Of a DNA stretch of 60,302 nt, positions 1 to 8,532 are shown piece after piece (positions within the stretch are counted from its first letter, which is position 1; every line of letters begins with the position of its first letter). Origin of the DNA: Candidatus Moraniibacteriota bacterium (GTDB taxonomy: Bacteria; Patescibacteriota; Minisyncoccia; Moranbacterales; GCA-2747515); the NCBI GenBank assembly GCA_040772365.1, contig JAXGYI010000004.1, positions 1 through 60,302 on the forward strand, given 5' to 3'. Made by a program: the position numbers and the translations under genes. The notes beneath the pieces were generated by a model. The model had not been told where the DNA came from, did no database searches, and saw only the letters and a list, made by a program, of their open reading frames with translations.

Positions 1-415
1 CATCGGTGTTGAGGCGGGCAATGCGGTTAGCTGTGGTGCCGTTATATGTGGTGAAGTATCCGCCAATGAGGATTTTGCCGTCGGGTTGGAGGGTGGTGGT
101 GTAGATAATGCCATCTGCTCCCGTCCCCGTGGTAAATGTGGTGTCTAGTGTGTCGTCAGCGTTCAAGCGGGCGATACGGTTGGCTGTGGTGCCGTTGTAG
201 TTGGTGAACCATCCGCCGATGAGGATTTTGCCGTCGGGCTGGAGAGTGGTGGTGTTCACATAACTATCTGCACCCGCCGGCACACCCGTGAAAAAACTCG
301 GATCAATATCTCCTGCCTCTAGAGCATGGACGGTGTGGGCAAAAAATACAGTAGCGATGAAAATGGGGATAAGTGCTGAGGAATAAATTATACGTCGCAT
401 AGTGTTGAATGTCAT
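1..415 (-). CDS. Secreted delta-60-repeat (beta-propeller) protein, 5' part only; runs off the window edge
   Basis: Manual translation from ATG at 415: MTFNTMRRIIYSSALIPIFIATVFFAHTVHA (signal-like), then two copies of TTTLQPDGKILIGGxFTxYNGTTANRIARLN, 153 bp apart (anchors 68 and 221). No stop before base 1. Confidence 0.85.
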   Translation of the reverse strand, partial: MTFNTMRRIIYSSALIPIFIATVFFAHTVHALEAGDIDPSFFTGVPAGADSYVNTTTLQPDGKILIGGWFTNYNGTTANRIARLNADDTLDTTFTTGTGADGIIYTTTLQPDGKILIGGYFTTYNGTTANRIARLNTD

Positions 416-626
416 TTTTTATATTACTATGTATATTATATAGTGTGCACTAACATGTGAGCAATCAGAGCACATATGTAGACACCCTGATCACTGAAAT
501 GTTTTGCGATGAAAGTGCACTGCTTTTAGTATACACTGCTTTATTCATTTCTCAAAAACCACACTTGCATCAACGTCACTCTTGTAGCCCCTTCAAGTAA
601 CTGCACTATAAGCAGCGAGGTGCCTC

Positions 627-655
627 TTGAACAAACCACAACACCATGCTATAGT
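627..655 (+). promoter_or_regulatory. Putative sigma70 promoter of tRNA-His
   Basis: TTGAAC (627-632), 17 nt, TATAGT (650-655) preceded by TG (extended -10), ~33 nt upstream of the tRNA. Confidence 0.6.
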
Positions 656-688
656 GTACACGCACTGATGCAATACATGTTTTTTCAT

Positions 689-761
689 GGCGACTATAGT
701 TCAGCGGTTAGAACATCGGTTTGTGGTACCGAGGATCTGGGTTCGATTCCCAGTAGTCGCC
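689..761 (+). tRNA. tRNA-His(GTG)
   Basis: Acceptor stem GCGACTA/TAGTCGC with G-1 (689) opposite discriminator C761; anticodon arm TCGGT-TTGTGGT-ACCGA; T-loop GGTTCGATTCC. A full CCA is not encoded (CAT follows). Confidence 0.95.
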
Positions 762-766
762 CATAT

Positions 767-807
767 ACATACAAGCACCCTGTATTATGCGGTGCTTGTA
801 TGTTTTT
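767..807. terminator. Hairpin between tRNA-His and the convergent 766-aa gene
   Basis: 13-bp stem ACATACAAGCACC (767-779) / GGTGCTTGTATGT (791-803) followed by TTTT; the opposing gene's stop codon lies in the loop. Confidence 0.7.
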
Positions 808-3085
808 GGAGGTACGCTGCAATTACTGTCTGCATCTTCTCATAACCAGCTTCTGTGAGAATTGTGCCAAAGTAATCATTATGAACACCATTCTCTGCAA
901 AATTTTCACCAGGATCAATAATTTTATATATTTTGCGAAATTGTGCAAACGGTACACGGCGCCCTTCATGATCGTGACTAGCCTCATAAAATGTACGAAA
1001 CGCTTCTAGCATGCTACCACCATTAGCTAAAATCCAGTTTTCCACACCGATCCCGCCGATCCCGCCGATACGATCGGGGTGGCTGTCGCGCCACATGAGA
1101 TACACTTCATGCTCTTTCAGTATGCGCTTTGTTAGTAAAATATTAGCAATTGTCTGTTCATAAGCGTCTTGTGACACATGATCACGAATCCATGCGAGAC
1201 GCTCTGCTGCAGCATCATGTGATCCATAGCGCAGCAGCTCAGACTTTGGCATAATTGTCACATCCACATCACACTGCTCCTGATGACCAGATACTGATGC
1301 ACGACGCAATCGTAGTTGCGAGATATGTTCACCTGCCATACTACTACCAGCATCGCGCTCTTCACCGCCAAAGGCCTCTTTTAGCTGTGCAAGAATTGTC
1401 GGCGCCTTATCAAGATCTGCCGCATCAAGACGAATAGTAAAATCAAAATCATAGTCATATGGCGCATTTGTACCACGCGCCGTAGATCCTGTTTTAAAAA
1501 TATCTGCCCCCGTAATTGCGGTTTCTGATGGATTGTGCAGCACAATACCCTGCGCAGCAAGCGTCTGGGATAGCGTCTCATAAATTGCTGTTTGTAGCAT
1601 TTCCACACGTACGCGATCTTTTTGTATAGCATTACGCAATTGTAGCACATCTTCATAGTGCCTATCCCCTGGACGTGTTGGAACAATATGTGGTGTATCC
1701 CCACCGTAACGCTCAATACCGCTACAGAACTTCTGTCGGTACTGCCTATATTGTTCCGGCGTAAAAAGCAGTGTGCCATAGACATCTGTCACGGGAATAT
1801 AGCGCCCATTCTGCGCAATGGAAAAAAAGAGATGAGACTTCCGCTTCTCATTATCGACAATATGTTCCGTCGCAATCAATAGGTCAATTTCACTAGCTGG
1901 CGGCCCTGTACGAATACCCCACTGCGCAGAACGCCGCTCCTCAGACCGCGAAAAGATTTCCATTTTATCTGTTGTGTATCCCTGTGTGGATGCCGTTGTA
2001 TCATGAAACTGATCGCGATTACGAATCAAAAAGTACACATCCGCTTCCTCTGTCCCGCTATGCGCATCGGTATGCATGCGAATAACATCATCGATGCGTG
2101 GTGGCACTGCCCCCACCCGAATCACATCGTAATCATATGGTGATAGATCTGCAGTAGATGATGGCGCAAATAATTCCCGCGATACTGTCGCACCCTGCAA
2201 AATCGCCTCCATATCATCAGCATACACTCCACGCAACACATCGCCATCACCGACGGTAAAAAACTTCTCTTGCAATTGGTGTGCTGTTTCTATACCACGC
2301 TGATGTCCAGCCTCCCGCGCCGCATCCATTGCAGCAAGCGCATCTTCAATTGACGCATAACCCGCTGGCGCTAAAAACATACGTGCAAGACGCGCTGTTA
2401 TCGACTGTCCCTGCACAGCACCAATTGAAGACATGACTGCCGCATAACGATCCTCTAATGTTCCCTCTAGCTGAACGGGATCATGATCACGAAATCCATT
2501 ACGTGCATTATCTCGCAAGGTCATAACTTTTGCGCATACACGCTCTGCATGTTCACGCTGCTCTTCTGTTAATGTGGAAAATCCATGTGTGGCAATGTGA
2601 TCAAATACGTCTTGTCCATCACGAAATGTCTCTAAGTATTCACGTAAATGACGGTTATTGGATGCGATGTGTACACGTAGTAAGTCACGGTAAAGCATAG
2701 CGTACCGCCTGCGCGACGACGCCTCCCGTAGACACGGACTCAGATCATTACGCCCCTCCAAAATGCGTGCCATTTTTTCTGGAGGATTGAGGATGGTAAA
2801 AGCACGAAAATACTTTCCAACGGGTGGTAAATTATTTTTAATAAAAATCTCTTCAATATCCGCAAACCTCTCCTCCGGATGGTCAGCATGCAGCAACTGA
2901 TCAATCAGGGCATCTTTGATCGCCTGAATTTCCTGAGACGGACACTGCGCGATACGCCATTCCAAACGCTCACGCACACGCTCACGTTCCACGCTATGCT
3001 GTTCATTGTATTCTTCGTACGCACGACTCTCTTCTGTAGAGATTTTACGTGGTACTCGTTCAAAAACATGTATTGTCATAGACAT
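785..3085 (-). CDS. Large multidomain protein with a C-terminal Pol-beta-superfamily (class I) nucleotidyltransferase domain
   Basis: 766 aa; motif TGSTARGTNAPYDYDFDF (GS...DxD), third acidic strand CDVDVTI, helical lobe LLTKRILK...GGIGGIGVENWILANGGS...IIDPG. N-terminal ~500 aa unassigned. Confidence 0.75.
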   Translation of the reverse strand: MSMTIHVFERVPRKISTEESRAYEEYNEQHSVERERVRERLEWRIAQCPSQEIQAIKDALIDQLLHADHPEERFADIEEIFIKNNLPPVGKYFRAFTILNPPEKMARILEGRNDLSPCLREASSRRRYAMLYRDLLRVHIASNNRHLREYLETFRDGQDVFDHIATHGFSTLTEEQREHAERVCAKVMTLRDNARNGFRDHDPVQLEGTLEDRYAAVMSSIGAVQGQSITARLARMFLAPAGYASIEDALAAMDAAREAGHQRGIETAHQLQEKFFTVGDGDVLRGVYADDMEAILQGATVSRELFAPSSTADLSPYDYDVIRVGAVPPRIDDVIRMHTDAHSGTEEADVYFLIRNRDQFHDTTASTQGYTTDKMEIFSRSEERRSAQWGIRTGPPASEIDLLIATEHIVDNEKRKSHLFFSIAQNGRYIPVTDVYGTLLFTPEQYRQYRQKFCSGIERYGGDTPHIVPTRPGDRHYEDVLQLRNAIQKDRVRVEMLQTAIYETLSQTLAAQGIVLHNPSETAITGADIFKTGSTARGTNAPYDYDFDFTIRLDAADLDKAPTILAQLKEAFGGEERDAGSSMAGEHISQLRLRRASVSGHQEQCDVDVTIMPKSELLRYGSHDAAAERLAWIRDHVSQDAYEQTIANILLTKRILKEHEVYLMWRDSHPDRIGGIGGIGVENWILANGGSMLEAFRTFYEASHDHEGRRVPFAQFRKIYKIIDPGENFAENGVHNDYFGTILTEAGYEKMQTVIAAYLQKHTSTA

Positions 3086-3090
3086 TGCCG

Positions 3091-3936
3091 TTAAAGTGCG
3101 TCCCGTAACTCCACAATAGCATGTGCTTCCGCAAGAATACGTTCTTTGCGGCGCCCATGAATACCTGCCCGCGCTAGTGCATCTGGGCGATCCAGGACAT
3201 CTCTACACAACACGGCACCCTGTGCAACAAGCGCATCCTTATGATAATTCGACAGTGCCGTAATTGCCGTAATTGGATGCAACCCTGTTTCATCAATTAA
3301 CTCTGCTAAAGAATTTCCTGTAGGATGACGCCAGCTCATCATTTGGATCTGCATGCACTGTGCATATTCTATAGCCTGTGTCGTAAACTGCGTATTCGTG
3401 ACAATCCACAGCACGTGATGGTGCTCTCCGCGCCCTTCATGAACATGTTCCCAGCGTGCAACGATGTCATCAAATCGTGCCTTCATATAGAGTGCTGTTT
3501 GCACATCACTCTTAAAACCGAGATTGTTGTGAAATTTACACTCAAAAACAAAGTGCCGCTCATCCTTATATGCCATGACATCAATTTCATGCGTAATGCA
3601 CATGCCGCGCACAATACGATTTGTACTCGTATCATACCCCTTCGCATTTAAGATACGTGAAAAATATTGCTCAAACGGATAACCACTGGGCCCCAATGAC
3701 TGTAATGCGCGTTTCAGGTTATAGCGTGCGGCAACAGGCGGATGCTTTTCTTTTAACTTCGCAAAGGTCGCGCGATGGATGGCGCGCGATGTTGGTAGGT
3801 GCTGCGAAATCACCTCCTGTGCAACATCTCGTGCAAGATGAGGATCTGCGCCAGCACGCCGCATCGACTGCTCCAATTTGTCAGCAGAAAAAAGTTCACG
3901 ATCCCCTGTTGATTTGAAAATGCTGTATTCTGCCAT
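3091..3936 (-). CDS. ATP-cone domain fused to an Mrr-like PD-(D/E)xK restriction endonuclease domain
   Basis: N-terminus IFKSTGDRELFSADKLEQSMRRAG (ATP cone); then PSGYPFEQYF...HEIDVMA...FECKFHN (D...ExK). Confidence 0.8.
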   Translation of the reverse strand: MAEYSIFKSTGDRELFSADKLEQSMRRAGADPHLARDVAQEVISQHLPTSRAIHRATFAKLKEKHPPVAARYNLKRALQSLGPSGYPFEQYFSRILNAKGYDTSTNRIVRGMCITHEIDVMAYKDERHFVFECKFHNNLGFKSDVQTALYMKARFDDIVARWEHVHEGRGEHHHVLWIVTNTQFTTQAIEYAQCMQIQMMSWRHPTGNSLAELIDETGLHPITAITALSNYHKDALVAQGAVLCRDVLDRPDALARAGIHGRRKERILAEAHAIVELRDAL

Positions 3937-3964
3937 GGTGCGCCCTTATACAAATGAGATAGCT

Positions 3965-4732
3965 CTACTCTTGATCATCTAACGCCGTAGTAATATGCGA
4001 TGCATCAATCAGTGCATAGGCCTCCTCTGCTGTATCCACAAGTCGATAGAGATCCATATCCTCTTCAGAGATTGCACGATTATTTCCCCATACAACACCG
4101 CGTAGCCAGTCCAGAAGTGGCTGCCAAAATTCACGATTCACTAAAATTACAGGAATCTTACTCGTTTTTTCTGTTTGGATTAACGTTAGCATTTCAAAAA
4201 GCTCATCAAGCGTGCCAAATCCGCCTGGGAAAAAAATATATACCTGCGAAGCAAAAGAGAGAATCACTTTACGCGAAAAGAAAAAATCAAAAGATTCTGC
4301 ATCTGTTAAATAGGGGTTACGTCGCTCGCTAAAGCCATGTTCTGGTAAAGTGATATTGATGCCCACGCTACGCCCACCTGCCTCAAATGCTCCCTTATTT
4401 GCCGCCTCCATAATTCCAGGTCCGCCACCGGTAAAAACTGCAAAGCCTTTCGTGGCCAACATCGCAGCTAGTTTTTCCGCCTCACTGTAGATCTGCGACT
4501 TAAAATCCAATCGCGCACTGCCAAAAATACTAGCAGCTTTATCAAAACGCGTTAAAAAATCATGTCCCTTCACAAATTCTGACTGGATCTTCAGGATGCG
4601 CCACGATAAGCCGCTTGTATAGGATGCTGCGCCAGTAATTGTCGGCGACAGAAACTCTCGCTCGCGATTCAGGGGGATATGATACGTCTCACCATCAACA
4701 TTTAAAATGACATTTGTATTATGGGAGTGCAT
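3965..4732 (-). CDS. LOG-family (TIGR00730-like) nucleotide-processing protein
   Basis: Motifs SIFGSAR, TGGGPGIMEAANKGA, FFFSRK, PGGFGTLDELFE. Confidence 0.9.
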   Translation of the reverse strand: MHSHNTNVILNVDGETYHIPLNREREFLSPTITGAASYTSGLSWRILKIQSEFVKGHDFLTRFDKAASIFGSARLDFKSQIYSEAEKLAAMLATKGFAVFTGGGPGIMEAANKGAFEAGGRSVGINITLPEHGFSERRNPYLTDAESFDFFFSRKVILSFASQVYIFFPGGFGTLDELFEMLTLIQTEKTSKIPVILVNREFWQPLLDWLRGVVWGNNRAISEEDMDLYRLVDTAEEAYALIDASHITTALDDQE

Positions 4733-4744
4733 AGGTGTCTATGG

Positions 4745-6631
4745 TTACTTTTTTATTTTCTGTGTAATGACCTTTATTATAGCATGTGCATCAATCTTTT
4801 CATATGCGTACAATTCCTGTGCACTACCACTCCGTGGCATACGATCTACCGCACAGTGTACGATCGCATATGTACGCGGCACCACAGCACATGCTGCAAG
4901 CACCGCTTCACCCAAGCCGCCAGCACGATAGTGATCCTCCACAATTACTACAAGCGTGCTGCCTTTCATAGCTGCGTGGAGCGCCGTCACGTCCAATGGC
5001 GCAATCACCGCAACATCTACCACACGTGCAGCAATGCCCTCACGTGCCAGCGCCGCCGCTGCATCACATGCCTGTGCCACCGTCGTGCCTGTCGCAATAA
5101 TCGTTGCCTGCGGGCGCGCCGCATCACACACTACTGCACACGCATCAACGTGTGTTTCCGTTGTATGTGATAAGAGCGGTGTTTTTTCTCGTGCCGTACG
5201 AATATAGGTGATACCTTTTGTGCGATGTGCTTTTTTCACACACGCCACCGTTGCACGTGCATCTGCCGGTGATAGGACCGTTGCGCCATACACACTACGC
5301 ATCATTGCCACATCTTCCAATCCCATTTGTGATACGCCGTCCGCACCAGTCGCTACACCGGCATGTGATCCCACAATCGTCATGCGCACATCACTATATG
5401 CCGCCATACGTATTTGATCATGTGCACGCGTGAGAAATGCCGCAAAAGAAGAAATGAACGGGTGGTAGCCACAGCGTGCCAATCCTACCGCCACACCAAC
5501 CATATTCTGCTCTGCAATATACATTTCAAAAAAGCGCTCCGGAGCATAGAGCTGCGCAACTTCCGCCATTGTGGAATTACTCACCTCAGCGTCCAACACG
5601 ACAACGGTCGGATCATCCCGCATAATACGTACAAGTGCTGCACCATAGCTATCACGCGTCGCATAGTGCGCATACGGATCGTGCATCCATTTCTGCGTAG
5701 CACTAGACTGATCAGTGCTTTTACGTGTCCGACGCTCTTCCATCATGTTCTGTGGCACAGCAATTGTGCCACGCACATCAAAATCTACATACCCCAACTC
5801 TCCGACTGCCTGCAGAAATTCATCGTGCGATAACGTCTTACCATGCCACCCGTATTTATCTTCTAAGAAAGAAATGCCCTTGCCCTTATACGTCTGTGCA
5901 ATAATCATAAGCGGTGCATCTGCATCGTCATGTACCATATGTGTCAGTACACGTGAAATTTCTTCAATGTTGTGCCCATGAATAATGACCGTACGCCATC
6001 CACATGCACGCGCACGACGAGCGTACGCTTCCATGTGGTGCCCATCCATCGTTACGCCACGCTGCCCCAGTCGATTCACATCAACAATAGCCGTGAGGTT
6101 GCCTACCTCATAGTGAGCAGCAATCTGCATCGCCTCCCACACCTGCCCCTCTGCCATCTCGCTGTCACCGAGAAGAACGAAAGTGCGTGCCGTTGTTTTA
6201 TCTAATTTCTTCTGTGCAAGTGCCATGCCCAAACCCACAGAAAGACCCTGCCCCAATGACCCTGTCGCCGCCTCAGTAAAAGGGAAGGTCATTGTTGGAT
6301 GCCCCTCTAGAGCACTGTCAAACTGTCGATATGTGGATAGATCCTCAACACGAATCGCCCCCGCTGCTGCCCACAGTGCATAGAAGAGCGGTGTAGCATG
6401 TCCCTTGGAAAAAATCACGCGATCGTTATGTTTTTCACGTGGATGTTGCACATCATAGCGTAGTATTCCACCAAAAAAGAGCACTGTCATTATTTCCACT
6501 GCCGATAGTGATGATGTCGGATGCCCAGATCCCGCCGTCGTTGTAGTGTCAAGAATCCAATACCGTAACAATGTTGCGATACGTTCTAGGTGTTTTTTTG
6601 TATGCTGATCCATGGTGATGCTTATTACCAC
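4745..6631 (-). CDS. tkt: Transketolase
   Basis: GSGHPTSSLS, SKGHA, LEGHP, TGSLGQG, TPP motif GDSEMAEG...N, EMYIAEQN, THAG-like SHAG..GADGVSQ. Confidence 0.93.
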   Translation of the reverse strand: MVISITMDQHTKKHLERIATLLRYWILDTTTTAGSGHPTSSLSAVEIMTVLFFGGILRYDVQHPREKHNDRVIFSKGHATPLFYALWAAAGAIRVEDLSTYRQFDSALEGHPTMTFPFTEAATGSLGQGLSVGLGMALAQKKLDKTTARTFVLLGDSEMAEGQVWEAMQIAAHYEVGNLTAIVDVNRLGQRGVTMDGHHMEAYARRARACGWRTVIIHGHNIEEISRVLTHMVHDDADAPLMIIAQTYKGKGISFLEDKYGWHGKTLSHDEFLQAVGELGYVDFDVRGTIAVPQNMMEERRTRKSTDQSSATQKWMHDPYAHYATRDSYGAALVRIMRDDPTVVVLDAEVSNSTMAEVAQLYAPERFFEMYIAEQNMVGVAVGLARCGYHPFISSFAAFLTRAHDQIRMAAYSDVRMTIVGSHAGVATGADGVSQMGLEDVAMMRSVYGATVLSPADARATVACVKKAHRTKGITYIRTAREKTPLLSHTTETHVDACAVVCDAARPQATIIATGTTVAQACDAAAALAREGIAARVVDVAVIAPLDVTALHAAMKGSTLVVIVEDHYRAGGLGEAVLAACAVVPRTYAIVHCAVDRMPRSGSAQELYAYEKIDAHAIIKVITQKIKK

Positions 6632-7293
6632 TATAATTGCTTCTGTGCAAAAGCACGTAGCTGCTTATATGCCGTCACCGGATTTGCCGCGCGTGTAATT
6701 GCACTGCCCACGGCAATGCGATCTGCACCACTCGCCATCACGCGCGCAAGTGTCTCCTGTGTCACTCCACCATCTACTGCTACACAGAGGTCTGTACGCA
6801 CAGCACGCACCGCTGCAATTTTATCCAACATATCCGGTAAAAATGTACCTCCCTGCCGCCCCGGCACCACCGTCATGATCTGCACATCATCCACATGATC
6901 CAGATACGGTATAGCGTCATCCACACGTGTCTGCGGGGATAGCGAAAGTCCAAGTGTAAATGTATACGATGTCGCCGCATGAATAACGTATGACGGACTT
7001 TCCACTTCATTGACATGAAAATACACACGCTCCGCGCCCAGCGCCTCACAAGCATCAAAGTATTCCTCTGGATGCGTCGTCATCAGGTGCACCTCAATCT
7101 CCATCGCACCACACACACCAACAAGATCGTAGAGATCACACGTTGCCTGATCGGTCATGGTGCCGTCAGAAAAATCAATCTGCACTGCATCTGCTACTGT
7201 GCGCAGTTGTGCACAGAGCTGCACTACTGCGTCACAATCCTCCTCTAAAAGCGCTGGAAGAATTTTTACCATAGTAAAAAATACAATAGACAC
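6631..7293 (-). CDS. rpe: Ribulose-phosphate 3-epimerase
   Basis: EVHLM, YFHV, QIMTVVPGRQGGTF, VDGGV motifs; stop overlaps the tkt start. Confidence 0.88.
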   Translation of the reverse strand: MSIVFFTMVKILPALLEEDCDAVVQLCAQLRTVADAVQIDFSDGTMTDQATCDLYDLVGVCGAMEIEVHLMTTHPEEYFDACEALGAERVYFHVNEVESPSYVIHAATSYTFTLGLSLSPQTRVDDAIPYLDHVDDVQIMTVVPGRQGGTFLPDMLDKIAAVRAVRTDLCVAVDGGVTQETLARVMASGADRIAVGSAITRAANPVTAYKQLRAFAQKQL

Positions 7294-7346
7294 CTCTAGT
7301 ATACGTGTAATAATGCATTGTGACTAGATCTGTATCCAGAATAATG

Positions 7347-8084
7347 TCATCCACGCTGTACAGCGCCATATAATAAGGCTGCAACACTTGTCGCAAGATT
7401 CATACTAGACACACCTGGTTGCATTGGAATAGCAACGATACGATCGGCACGTTTTTTTAATGTCGCAGAGATACCGTTCCGCTCCGTGCCGAAAACTAGC
7501 ACACTATTTTTCTGCAGTTCTCCATCAGACATTGGTATGCCGTCAGCATCACAGGCATAAATTGTACGATGCTGCGCAATATCATCAATCGTTACTACAT
7601 GGAAAATTGGTATCGCCCACTGTAACCCTGCACCCGCACGAATTGCCGCAACATGCCACGGGCTTGTCGTGCCCGCACATGCTACTGCCGCCGCACCCCA
7701 CGCTGCCGCCACGCGGACTACTGCACCGACATTATTGATGTCGCGCGCATCTTCTACAAAAATAATCGGACTGTCGTCGCGCACATCTTGCACGACATAC
7801 GACGGCTTATGTGCAAGTGCTACAAGCCCTGTACGTACAGCAGGCGTTGTGCATGTGCGAAACAATGCTCCATCTACTTCTCGCACGTATTGCTCCACAG
7901 CCTCCACATCTTTCTCTGTGGCAATGCACTGCATCAGCTCTACGACAGCTGCTTTATCATCCGTTATCGCATCCACAAAATGCGCGCCGAATCGCGCTGC
8001 ATGTTTAAATGCATGCACACCTTCTACAACAACGGTGTCATCCGTGCCTCTGCGTGCATATTCGTACTGTTGCTGTATAGACAT
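7347..8084 (-). CDS. TrmH/SpoU-family RNA methyltransferase
   Basis: VEGVH, NNVGAVVRVAAAWG, LVFGTERNGIS, IPMQPGVSSMNLA (SPOUT motifs). Confidence 0.88.
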   Translation of the reverse strand: MSIQQQYEYARRGTDDTVVVEGVHAFKHAARFGAHFVDAITDDKAAVVELMQCIATEKDVEAVEQYVREVDGALFRTCTTPAVRTGLVALAHKPSYVVQDVRDDSPIIFVEDARDINNVGAVVRVAAAWGAAAVACAGTTSPWHVAAIRAGAGLQWAIPIFHVVTIDDIAQHRTIYACDADGIPMSDGELQKNSVLVFGTERNGISATLKKRADRIVAIPMQPGVSSMNLATSVAALLYGAVQRG

Positions 8085-8100
8085 AGGACACTACACTGAA

Positions 8101-8532
8101 TTACTCTCTATGGTAGGGATGTCCCGCAGTAATCGTTGCTGCACGATACAGCGCTTCTACTGCAAGAACCATTGCCACATCATGGGGAAAAGTCATCGCA
8201 CCAAAACTCCATAGGACATCTGCACGCTGCCGCACATCTGGCATCAACCCATCTGGTCCACCAATCACAACAGCAATGTCACTCACGCCGTGTACTGTCT
8301 TGTCTTCTAAAAAAGATGCGAATTCTCTACTCGTCATCTGTCGTCCATGCTGGTCAGCAGCAATACAGAAGCGCTGTCCTATTAGTGTTAGCACTTTTTG
8401 TGGTGTCACAGCGTCAGCACAGTGTACCACTGTCACCGTGTGAAAGGCACGTAATCGCTTTACATAAAATACCAATCCGTCCTTGACAAACTGTAAACGC
8501 GGTTTTCCAATTGTTATGAGTGTGATTTTCAT
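8101..8532 (-). CDS. rlmH: 23S rRNA m3Psi1915 methyltransferase RlmH
   Basis: MKITLITIGK, IGGPDG, TFPH...EALYRA...HPYHRE. Confidence 0.92.
   Translation of the reverse strand: MKITLITIGKPRLQFVKDGLVFYVKRLRAFHTVTVVHCADAVTPQKVLTLIGQRFCIAADQHGRQMTSREFASFLEDKTVHGVSDIAVVIGGPDGLMPDVRQRADVLWSFGAMTFPHDVAMVLAVEALYRAATITAGHPYHRE

Noticed and set aside
620-1009. 129-aa plus-strand ORF
   Set aside because: It overlaps tRNA-His and the antisense strand of the 766-aa gene and has no recognisable motif.
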